Assembly (NCBI GenBank): GCA_030264375.1
Contig: JASCQW010000139.1
Location: forward strand, 22,369,971-22,433,970
DNA: 64,000 nucleotides
Direction of reading: 5' to 3'
Source of the DNA: Carcharhinus longimanus
Taxonomy: Eukaryota
Part shown: in pieces, positions 12,182 to 22,599 of the stretch
Position numbering within the stretch: the first letter of the stretch is position 1
Layout of the letters: the number at the start of each line of letters is the position of its first letter
The notes under the pieces: generated by a model
What the model was told of the DNA's origin: nothing
Seen by the model: only the letters and a program-made list of their open reading frames with translations
The model's database searches: none
Position numbers and translations under genes: made by a program

Positions 12182-12445
12182 GCTGCCGGGTTGGAGGAGT
12201 TCGCCGCCGCTTGCAGGAGGAGGGGAAGAGGAGGGCTTGGGGGGGGAGTGGGGAGGGCTGTAGGTGATCGGACACAGCTCCCCTGCTCCGCTTGTGGGAT
12301 CGGAGGAACTTTCAGCACCACGCTCTGTGGACAGCGCCCGGCTGAATGGACAGGTTGCAGATTGGTGGACAACGCAATATTTCCTTCTCCTCCCCCTTTC
12401 CAACCGCAGCCACTCACAGTCCTGATAATAAAACCGGATTAAGTT
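12182..12445 (-). promoter_or_regulatory. CPLX3 5'UTR/proximal promoter (GC/CpG-rich, CCAAT box, CRX/OTX-type TAATCC site)
   Basis: CpG-retaining GC-rich segment directly upstream of the ATG. ATTGG (CCAAT on minus) at 12361-12365 and GGATTA (TAATCC on minus) at 12436-12441. The TSS cannot be determined. Confidence 0.5.
12311..12338 (+). promoter_or_regulatory. Non-canonical RE1/NRSE (REST) site upstream of the CPLX3 ATG
   Basis: TTCAGCACC-acgctctgt-GGACAGCGCC: both consensus half-sites are perfect, with a 9-bp spacer instead of 2 bp. Confidence 0.75.
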
Positions 12446-12565
12446 TGCTGTTTCGGACACTTACACATGTCTACAGGCAAGATTGAGCTGTGGATCTGAT
12501 CCCAATGAGAATGAAACAACCAGATATACAGCCTTATCCAGGCGATCCAATCTGTTATGAGTCGA

Positions 12566-12737
12566 TTTTTTTTTAAGTCATTCCTGGGGCATGGACGTCA
12601 CTGGCTGGCCAGCATTTATTGCCCATCCCTAGTTGCCCTTGGAGGGCAGTTGAGAGTCAATCAATATTGTTGTGGCTCTGGAGTCACATGTAGGCCAGAC
12701 CAGGTAAGGATGGCAGATTTCCATCTGCGAGAAGGCG
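12566..12737 (-). mobile_element. SacSINE1-like SINE, partial (runs into a gap)
   Basis: ggctggccagcatttattgcccatccctagttgccc...accaggtaaggatggcagatttcc. Confidence 0.7.
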
Positions 12738-13131
12738 NNNNNNNNNNNNNNNNNNNNNNNNNNNNNNNNNNNNNNNNNNNNNNNNNNNNNNNNNNNNNNN
12801 NNNNNNNNNNNNNNNNNNNNNNNNNNNNNNNNNNNNNGGATTGTGGCGTCTTTCTCACCTAGGTCAAGGCAATGTATGCATTAATTTATCACTGTAGCGC
12901 TAACATATCTGTGTTCATTATTCTCTAACAGTGATGAAATTCACTGGAAGATCTTTCATAAAGTCACTCCACCATGTGCTTTCCCAACTTTTAGCAATTA
13001 GTATTTCAATTCTTGGAGTTTTCAATGTCGCTATGAGGGCAGGACTTGTTTTACATTTGGAAATGACCATTAGACAATTTCAACTCTTAATTGGAAGCTG
13101 TTTCCCTTGAGTTACTTGCTTGTTTAAATGG

Positions 13132-13345
13132 ACAGTAAGTAGTCTCACAACACCAGGTTAAAGTCCAACAGGTTTATTTGGTAACACAAGCTTTCAGAGC
13201 GCTGCTCTTTCATTAGATAAGTCAAATGATGAAGGTGCAGTGCTCTGAAAGCTTGTGCTATCAAATAAACCTATTGGACTTTAACCTGGTGTTGTGAGAC
13301 TACTCACTGTGCCTACCCTAATCCAACGCCGGCAATTCTATATCA
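13132..13345. mobile_element. Penelope-like palindromic mini-element with 12-bp flanking direct repeat
   Basis: Inverted repeat spanning 13132-13310. Direct repeat tgtttaaatgga at 13121-13132 and 13346-13357. Confidence 0.75.
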
Positions 13346-13878
13346 TGTTTAAATGGAAGTTTTGCTTCCCGTACTGCTTAATTCAGATTGCTTCATTCAT
13401 AAAACTATTGGACAATTGGAATATCAAGCCTAAATCGCTCTGGGAGAGTTGGATTAGATGATAGAGCTTTATCCCATATGCCCATCATGGAAGTTTCTCA
13501 TTACGAGAGAGAATGAATCATTGTGGTAAGCTTTGAAAAATGAATTCAGTCTATCTTTATCGAAATGAATAGAAAAGTTCTGAAAAAGCTCCTCGATTTT
13601 CACTAAGCTGCAACAAACGAAAGGAAAATTGGTCTGGAAATAACTAGTGCTGATATGTTACACATGATTTTAAGCTGTTACCTTGCATGGGCAAATAATT
13701 TGCATTTGATTCACAGAACAGCTGATGGAGATATTTGTTAGGTACTGAATCAGATGCGATGACCATTGGTCCACAATCTAATTACATCCATTCCTGGGCT
13801 AACCCTGGAGAGACTCAGCAGTGGCATCATTGCAGCTGTCTAATCTCTGAGTCAGAGGATTGTGGGTTCAAAACTTAA

Positions 13879-13972
13879 AGGGGAGTTAGTTAGCTCATTT
13901 GGCCAGACAGCTGGTTTGTGATGCAGAATGACACCAATAGTGCCAGTTCAATTCCTGTACAAGCTGAGGTTA
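13879..13972 (+). mobile_element. tRNA-derived SINE head (third family; second copy at ~20775-20900 on minus)
   Basis: tagctcatttggccagacagctggtttgtgatgcagaatgacaccaatagtgccagttcaattcctgtac has A/B-box-like motifs and recurs inverted at 20.8 kb. Confidence 0.45.
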
Positions 13973-13991
13973 TTCAATCTCAATATTGCCT

Positions 13992-14152
13992 CATTTCACT
14001 GGTGGGTGGAACTAGGGGGCATGGCTTCAAAATAAAGGGGAGCAGATTTAGGACTGGGTTGAGGAGGAACTTTTTCACACAAAGAATCATGAATCTGTGG
14101 ATTCCCCTGCCCAGTGAAGCAGTTGATACTACCTCAATGAATATTTTTAAAC
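13992..14152 (+). mobile_element. CR1 LINE 3' fragment
   Basis: GTRGHGFKIKGSRFRTGLRRNFFTQRIMNLW. Confidence 0.85.
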
Positions 14153-14154
14153 GT

Positions 14155-14333
14155 GGCTAATCCATCTAGCCTGCAAACCTTTGGACTATGGGAGTAACCT
14201 GGAATATCCGGAGAAAACCAGCAAGCAGACATGGGGAGAATGTGCAAAACTCCACACAGGCAGTTACCCAAAAGCGGGAATTGAACCTGCGTCCTGGGTG
14301 CTGTGAGGCAGCAGTGCTAGCCACTGTGCCACC
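14155..14333 (-). mobile_element. HE1-like SINE, partial
   Basis: ggggagaatgtgcaaaactccacacag...gctgtgaggcagcagtgctagccactgtgccacc. Confidence 0.75.
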
Positions 14334-15049
14334 TGCCAAGACAGGAGAACGAGTAAATGCAGAATACTTCACTTAGTATACAAGACCAGGAACCCCAAAT
14401 GGATTGTATTTATGTGTTCTGGCCCATTCCTATAGGCACCCAACCGACGTGTAGTTTTGTTATGCTGGAAAGCACTGATCCAGACTCTGATGAACCTAAT
14501 ATTACCACACAGCAGATTTGCCCAAATTATGCACATCCATCATTGTCAGTCCTAATGAAGCACATCTGTTCAGAGGGCAGTAAAACAGCTGAAGGGAACC
14601 CAGATTAGTGTGGATGTTGATAGAAACTGATGGCTTATTGTGCATTAAGCGGTGCGACACAGAACCTCATGACAGAAGGGTCATGGGTAGGGATATAATG
14701 GTATTCAACTGGTTATTGCATTAGTAGACAAATAAGTGGCTAGGAAGCAACAGTAGTCAGGCCAACAGGACTAAATGGTGCTTGACTAGCTGATGCTACA
14801 AGATGGCAAAGGCACTGTGCTGAATAATCTGGCTAATTTTCCTATAAGTAAGAATCAATGTCATCTGTAGGGACTACATCTATCTGAATAGTCAAGCATC
14901 ATTTGGTAATGATATCAGTCATCAATTCCATAACCAGAAAAGCTGCAGAGACCAGCGAATGATCATTGTCAACTCACTGGAGCAAGAAAGTACACGACTC
15001 GAAGCCCAGATATGGAACCCTCTTAAAGATACAGCGTCATAACTTTCAA

Positions 15050-15395
15050 CCAATCTTTTTGTCAAAACAAGTAAACTAACTCAAATTAACAAGGCAATAA
15101 ATTAAAAGGGGCAGCTCCCAAAAAGGAGGGGAAACAAAAGACAAAGCAGAAAGGGAACTTAAGTCATCAAATCAAAATGTGATTAATGGGGAAATAATGC
15201 ACTCCAGTCCCTGCGGTGCCCAACAGGCACAGAAAATGTTAACGGTGCCCTTGGAAACTGCATGCTCCCTCTCCAGGGACACCTGGTCATGAATATAGCT
15301 GTGGTAAAGGGGCAGATAGTCAGGTCGGACGAACCCTTCAGTTGCCCACTGCCTGGACTTGTAGTTGGCAAGTTTTGCCAGGTTCAGGAGGAGGT
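15050..15395 (-). mobile_element. Tx1-clade LINE 3' end
   Basis: The minus strand encodes LLLNLAKLANY...QVSLEREHAVSKGTVNIFCACWAPQGLECIISP, resembling Tx1 ORF2 C-termini. Confidence 0.6.
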
Positions 15396-15919
15396 TTAGC
15401 CATAACTTTCAACCAGCACCAGAAAGTGATGGTCTGGTGTAATGACTTCAACAGGGTCTGTGAGGTGGGCCTCTTGGAGTATGAGCTCCTTGATTGAGGT
15501 AATGATTGTCCACCCAATCAGGGAGACTCATCTGTATGTATATTTAGGAGTGTCAGGGATACTGACACTCTGGATTCTGGCTATGTAGCAAAAACACTTT
15601 TAGGAATGGAGGGAAGCTTATAAATAAAGGGAATCTGAGGAGCTATTTCATTCATTAGATTTAGAAGACCTTAAAGACTTACCTGCTCTTGAAAACTACA
15701 CCGAATCTACAATGGTCAGAGCTGCTTGGGGCTGCATCAAAAGAGGCCATGCGAGCCCCAGCGTTGACAATCAGCATCAGATTCAGGGAGGACACCTCCT
15801 TTCTTTATTTGCACTAGCTGCCATGAAACAGATAAACTTAAAGGGCCCAGTGAAACTGACAGGTCAGCGAGAAGGTAAATGGATGGAATTTGTGTGGTTA
15901 GGAGGTGTCGGAGGTCGAG

Positions 15920-16008
15920 GGGTGGGTCAAGGAGGCGTATGGTGTGCTGGCCTTCATTAATCGAGGGATTGAGTTTAGGAGTCGGGAGGTAATGCTGCAA
16001 CTTTATAA
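15920..16008 (+). mobile_element. CR1 RT fragment
   Basis: VKEAYGVLAFINRGIEFRSREVMLQLY, a typical CR1 ORF2 motif, runs into a gap. Confidence 0.8.
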
Positions 16009-17880
16009 NNNNNNNNNNNNNNNNNNNNNNNNNNNNNNNNNNNNNNNNNNNNNNNNNNNNNNNNNNNNNNNNNNNNNNNNNNNNNNNNNNNNNNNNNNNN
16101 NNNNNNNNGAGGGGTCTAGTCAGATCGAGTGCTGGGTTTGAGAATCGGCTTGGGACGGTGGGGTCTCATGTGGCTGGGGGGGGGCGGGGTGTCATAGAGT
16201 AGGGGGATTCCCATGGGTGGGGTTGGGATGGGAAGAATATGGTTGGAGGGGTGAGTGATTATTCAATGGGAGATTCCTGTGCAGGGATTTGTTTGGATAC
16301 TTAAAATGTGCAGAAATTGGAAGAGGTTTTATTTCTTTTAACTTTTTCTGAGTGCCTGTTAGTATAACACTGGCAAAACCATCTGATGATTTAAATCATT
16401 TTATTGGATGGTTTCCAGCACAATTGTCCAGGGAACGTTAGCATTTCTGGACAATAGCTGTGTAAACCATTCTCTGGGAAATTCCGAGAGGGAATCCCCA
16501 GTATCTCTGGGGTATCCCCCAAATCTGACACTGGGAAGTCATGAGCTACAGTGTCCTCCTTTTAAAGTTTACTTAAGTGGAATAGTTTAAGCAATTCTGA
16601 CTCCAATAATGTCTCTGCTAATTCACTAGCATCACAATAACTGGGGGGAACTTGGGGTGGCAGAATGGGTACCACTCCCGGCGAGGCCATAACGGCAAGC
16701 AAACCTGGACGATTCTGTGGTGGGCATGTTAGTACCATTTAAATTAGCATTAAAATATATGTATTTAATATATTCAGCCTCTTGCCCATTTCCGGTGAGA
16801 GGCTGACCTCGCCAGAAATCCAGCTCTTGTAAGATTGCAAGAGCCGAGGAAATTGGATGTGATCTTGATTTTTTGGCTCTCGCACAATGGGAGGGATGAA
16901 CCTGTAAAATCCCAGCCCTTGGGAAATGCCAGCAATGAACTCCATTGAAACTGTAGGAATCGCCTATCAATTACAGCAGTCCAGCAGCTGGGGTATTTCA
17001 AACTATGGCCGCTTCTGCCTATGTCAGCTTTTTTACATTGTTTAAAGGGTTTGGGGTTTAAATAACTTAATATCATGACACTTAAACAAACCTGATCTAC
17101 CCTTCTCAAGTGTTTTGTCTCCTCCATTAATTTGTGACCCCCAAATTGCAGAATAATGCTCTTGGAACAGCAAAAATGGAGTTTTGAACTTAACACAAAT
17201 TTCAGATGGGATTCTGCTGACTTTGTGTTTCCTGCCAGTATGAGTCACAGTTCACCCCCTTCCTGCTGCCTGACCCTTGGTAAATGGGGGTGGGGCTGTC
17301 TCATCCAGGTCCTGTCCACCATTTTTTAAAGATTTATAGAGCTGTTAGATCTCCTGACCTTAATTCAATCAGTTGTGGATGCCAGAAGTACCAACTTAAT
17401 TTCCAAGTATCAATTTGAGTGGTGCCTAAATGGCCTAGTCTCAGTTGCAATGTTAGAAGAAGGCCATGAGTAGGCATCTTTGCAATTCCTGGGTGCTTGT
17501 GCCAGAATTGCACTAAGCTATATCTCTGCTCATGGAAAACAGGCATCCAAGGTTGCTCTAAGTGAACGTGTATACGAAGGAATGCCCACAAGAAGATTTA
17601 TTCCTGTCTTTTCAGGCCTTCTTTCCCTATTCGTATTTCCCACAGCACCACTTCCATTTTACCGGCTTTCAACAGGGAGCTTAAATTTTCTGCTGCTGCC
17701 TAGAAGTTAACATCTTTCAGCTCCGAGCAACCTGGAGAACACGTTAGAAGGTTTTGTAAAGTCCATTAATGTTTATCCCCCACCACCCCACATGCCCCCT
17801 TGCCATTTACAGATAATTTAGCAATCAAACATTGAAGATGCTTCTTAAAGTTTAATTGCATCTGATTTCCCGTCCTTCTT

Positions 17881-18150
17881 AGTTTAAAGTTTATTTATTA
17901 ATTAGTCGCAAGTAGGCTTACATTCACATCATAATGAAGTGACAGTGAAAATCCCCGACTCGCCACACTCCGGCACCTGTTCGGGTACACTGAGGGAGAA
18001 CTTAGCACGGCCAATGCACCTAACCAGCATGTCTTCTGGACTGTGGGAGGAAACCAGAGCACCCAGAGGAAACCCACACAGATACAGGGGGGAATCATGC
18101 AAATTCCGCACAGGCAGTGAACCAAGCCGGGAATTTAACCCAGGTCCATA
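17881..18150 (-). mobile_element. HE1-like SINE, tail B
   Basis: aaagtttatttattaattagtcgcaagtaggcttac...ggaggaaaccagagcacccagaggaaaccc. Confidence 0.8.
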
Positions 18151-19241
18151 CACTTTAATGTCAGAGGGAGGAGCTTCTTGTTATCACTATATATTATTCT
18201 CCAAAATCAGGCAAGGAAGTCACACTAACAACAGTGCTGATATGCCCTTTCTTTAATAATACCTTGCAAAAATAATGTATTAATTATTAATAGTTAATTG
18301 TGTTTTTTGCAGTATAGTAATTTATTTAACAATATTTCCTGAGCAATACTTTTTGTAATCAGGAATTGCATCAACTTGCCTCAGAATTGTTACCAATGAC
18401 TGTTTAGAAAGCGTTGTTTGAGGCAATTGAAACTGAATGATTGCTTCATACATTATCTACAAGAAAAACACACAAGCAATTAATTTTTCTTTTACAAAAA
18501 GAATATGCATCCAAATATTAGTGAGTATGGCCGTCCCTTTAAAGGAAGTAGCACTGTTTCGTATTGAAGCTATTAATTATTACACATAGATTAGATGTCA
18601 CATTGATGAGAAAACTACAATTTAATGTGCAGTTTTTGGAATTTTACATATTGTGCAATTTTAATTTTATCACCAGCTGCAAAATGAAGTGAACAAGTAA
18701 CTACTTCATGTCTGACAGTTCTTCTAAAGATTGTTGGAACTACTTGTTAATCCTACCTGCCCAATGGAAATTGGGTTGGTGTTCAGCACCTATCTTGGAA
18801 CTGCTGGGGGTTGACTGATCCCAGTTTTAACCTGTTCCGCAGACCTGATAGTAAGGGTACCTGTTTAAAACCAATAGAGTTTGGGAGAAAATACAACACC
18901 CTGATACAAACATGTGTGTCTCTAATTTTCATCAATGGGAACGAGCTATGAAATGGAATGACATCTATTTAAAATGCATCCTCACTCTGTTCCAGACTTA
19001 AAACTCTTCCCAAATCCTTCAACACACACATTAGACTTAACTCAGTGACCAATATAGTACTATTTCAGCTAATTTTCTGGGGTTACAAACAAACCAAAAC
19101 TTTAGTTCATTTCAATGTTTGCATTGCAAAATACATCCTTTGTTGGAATGAAGAAAAGGACTGGCTTTGCTTGCCATTTCCATCACTATTTTTCTGTTTC
19201 CCAGAGGAATGCTGTCAAAATTAATGTTTTCTAATGAGTTC

Positions 19242-20025
19242 TGTTATGATGGCCCAGGGAGGAATCATCAATAGATCTCCCCATGGGCTGTACAATACAA
19301 ATTCCCCAATTAGACAAGTGAAGGCTCTCCAATAGGGAAGGAGCAGTGTGGAAGGGGTAGGGGTGGGAGGATGGTGTTAAAACCAGCTGGCTCTACTCAG
19401 GCCGGCAGTTAACATACTCGGGGCTTGATACTGTGGCTGCTGAACAGCGTTCTGAACACACTGTAAATAAAGGGTGATTGGAGGCGGAAGACTGACCGTG
19501 GCAACATCATCACATTAGTGCTGAGGAATAAAGCCGGTCTTTTTCCTTCTCTTGCAGACAAGAAATCCTCCGGAAAATGAAATGCCTCTTTTTGGTAAAA
19601 TTAAAGCCTATAATGCAAGGCTGGGTCTCTCTGGGAAGAGCAAATGCATTACTTTTTCAGGCTAACCATATTGAGGGGGATGAGAAGCAGAACCTGATCC
19701 TGTTGGTGGCATGAGGGTTCCTGACCTTCAATACAATAAAAAATCTGAACTACCCAAAACCTTACATAATACTCTGGTGATGCTGCTTTAACACGGCAAG
19801 GAGAACCCCTGGGGAGCCCGTGACCGAATTCCTGACCAGATCGTGAAAGGTATCAGAGCACTGTGAATTCAGGCTACTCCTGAATGAGATGTTGTATGAT
19901 CGACTGGTCTGTGTATTTAACAATATGGCAGCCCAAAAAAAAAATTGGTAGAACCCAATTTGGATCTAAAGAAGGCCATTGAGGTAGTTCTATCACTGGA
20001 GAATGCAGTGAAAGGAGGTCAGGAA
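19242..20025 (+). mobile_element. Gypsy/Ty3 LTR retrotransposon relic: 5' LTR (19242-19514), PBS-like site and broken gag
   Basis: TG...CA segment containing AATAAA. ATG at 19582 gives MPLFGKIKAY...FQANHIEGDEKQNLILLVA*G...FNTARRTPGEPVTEFLTRS*KVSEHCEFRLLLNEMLYDRLVC, which are Gypsy gag motifs with stops and frameshifts. Confidence 0.8.
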
Positions 20026-20092
20026 ATAGAGGGGATGTCAGACAGTAGTATCATTTGATTGGGGGGATGGACCTCAAGCAATGTCCATCTCT

Positions 20093-20200
20093 TTTGATTT
20101 GATTTATTGCCACATGTATATGTATACAGTGAAAAGTATTGTTTCTTGCACACTATACAGACAAAACATTCCATTCAGAGAGTGCACAGGGGAGAAGAAA
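20093..20200 (-). mobile_element. Rex/Babar-like LINE 3' tail (others at ~32120-32250 and 60795-60890 on plus)
   Basis: Matches the tail of the 43223-43982 element (aagaaacaatacttttcactgtat...aataaatcaaatcaaa). Confidence 0.65.
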
Positions 20201-21489
20201 ATGAGAGGTTGCTCTGAGCAGATGATTCCCTACCTGTCAATCAATACATTTAATATTCTAACAATGTTAGGGGTTTTGAGTTTCACACACAAAAAAGGAT
20301 GTGGTAGCCACACGTAGATTCAAACTATCAACAACAGGTTTATGCTAGGGTCCTTGCCTATACAGAGCACAAATGAAGTAAAACAGAGGCCTGTCACAGC
20401 ACCCTAATGACATCACTATCGAATCATGTGATCAGCTCTTAAAGCAATCTGCAACCCCTTCAAATATATAACAGCATGCTAGAAGGGAAGTCAGCCTGAC
20501 TCTTTAAATGCTTCCTTGCCTAAAATTCCTCAGATGAATATTTGGATTAAATGTATGTTTGCTACATGATGTTGGATCTGGGCATCTAGCAGTATGGAAA
20601 ATGTTCTAAGTCACTCCTGTTATTATACTGAAGATAGATCCATTGTGTCACTGATGGGGAAACTCTGTTTTAGGGTACAACTTACTACTTATTGCTTTTA
20701 CTGTCCACATGAAGGAAGATAGATAGGAACTTCTCCCTCCGAAATCTTGATGGTTGATATTTGAGAATCGCCACACCTCAGCGAGGGGCAAAGTTGAGAA
20801 GGCAGGGCCTTCATGAATAATCTCAGCTGGTACAGGAATTTAATCCATGCTATTAGCATTGGTCTGCATCACAAACCAACCAACTGAGCCAACTGGCCCC
20901 CACATGATCATTTAAGTGACCAGCAATATTGCTTCTGAGGATCGACTGAATAACTTGACCCAGAATCAGTAACAAATACTTTATGATCAGTTATAAATCA
21001 AACCTAATGCACAACAAATTCCTTTGTGTTCTTGCCTCTCTAATCCATTTAAACCTCAGACGTGGAAGATCCTCTGGTCGCCTTGAATCCTCTATCAAAT
21101 TTGAATTTACTTGGCACAAAGATACCCTGGCCCATGGCATGTCTGAGTGAGATTGCCAAATCATTTTTCATTCTGTACTTTTCTTTTCAATGCCCTGGAT
21201 CTGTGCCCATTAGTCTTTAAGTGCAAATTGCCAAACTCATTTCATGTAGAATTCTCATTGCTGGCAGAGAGGCAGTTTATTCTAATCGACTGGATTAGAT
21301 CCCAGGTCTCAGAGGTGAACGGAGAGTGCATCTAGCCCCATGCTTCTAACTAGTTCTATTGAAAATATTAGCACTGTGTTCTTAGTGGTGTTTTAGAGAG
21401 TCAACAAATGCACTCAGATAGTTGATGGGTGTGAGGTAAACCACTGTTATATTCATCTGTGTTTCTGGTTCCAATTCTGTATAATAAGA

Positions 21490-22015
21490 CTATAAGATAT
21501 AGGAGCAGAATTGGACCATTCGGCCCATCAAGTCTGCCATTCAATCATGGCTGTTTTAGGTTTCTCAACACCATTCTCCCACCTTTTCCCCATAACCTTC
21601 AATCCTTTACCAATCAAGAACCTATCCATCTCCGTCTTAAATACACTCAATGACCTGGCCTCTACAGCCTTCTGTGGCAATGAATCCCATTGATTCACCA
21701 TTCTCTGGCTGAATAAATTCCTCCTCATTTCAATTTTTATGGGTTGTCCCTTTTATTCTAAGGCTGTGCCCTGGGATCCTAATCTCTCATATTAATGGAA
21801 ATGTCTTCTCCATGTCCACTCTATCCAGGTCTTTCAATATTCTATAAGTTTCAATGAGATTCCTTCTAAACTTCAAGTACAAACCCAGCGTCCCCAAACT
21901 CTCCTCATACGTCAGATTTTTAATTCCTGGGATCGTGAACCTTCTCTGGCACCTCTCCAGGGCCACCACATCCTTCCTTAGATATGGGACCCAAAATTGT
22001 TCACAATACTCCCAA
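21490..22015 (-). mobile_element. CR1 LINE 3' end
   Basis: ALERCQRRFT...RNLIETYRILKDLDRVD...MRRNLFSQRMVNQWDSLPQKAVEA. Confidence 0.9.
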
Positions 22016-22239
22016 TCTGTGATAACTTCCCTGCACTTCCGTTAGAGGAAGGATATCATATAATGATTCATGGAACAAAAGCATCAGCATAATTCAATAT
22101 GATTTTACAAATATATAATAACTAAGATTTGCATTTATTTGGTGCCACTAAAAGGCCATAACAGTAGCGATCATTTATAAAGTGCCTTTAGCATGAAAAA
22201 CAGGACAGCAATGTTCTTCCTGTAATAAACTACCTTTTT

Positions 22240-22505
22240 AATCTAGCCAGCCCTATCCTCCTAACCCTACGTATTTCCCCCACTAATCCCCACCTAACCT
22301 ACACACCCTGGGACACTAAGGGGCAACTTAGCATGACGGATCCACCTCACCTGCGCATCTTTGGTCTGTGGGAGGAAACCGGAGCAACTCTCACAGACAC
22401 GAGTAGAATGTGCAAATTCCGTGCAGACAGTCACACAAGGTTGGAATCGAACCTGGGTCCCTGGCTCTCTGAGGGGCTGACCACTGTGCTAACCACTGTG
22501 CCACC
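22240..22505 (-). mobile_element. HE1-like SINE
   Basis: ggacactaaggggcaacttagcatg...aaccactgtgccaccc. Confidence 0.75.
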
Positions 22506-22599
22506 CAACTGAGCTTCTACTGTAGCTCAGTTGGTAGTAGCTGGGTTCAAGGCTTACTCAAGGACTTGAATGCAAAAGTCTAGACTGACACTCAGTCCC

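Noticed and set aside
11958-12442. Antisense ORFs (101 aa and 133 aa) over the CPLX3 exon
   Set aside because: Shadow frames of a GC-rich exon with no recognisable protein.
12182-12460. 93-codon in-frame N-terminal extension of CPLX3 suggested by the ORF track
   Set aside because: It starts at GTG, has no complexin similarity and overlaps promoter-type motifs. The ATG at 12181 has a strong Kozak context and matches the orthologous start.
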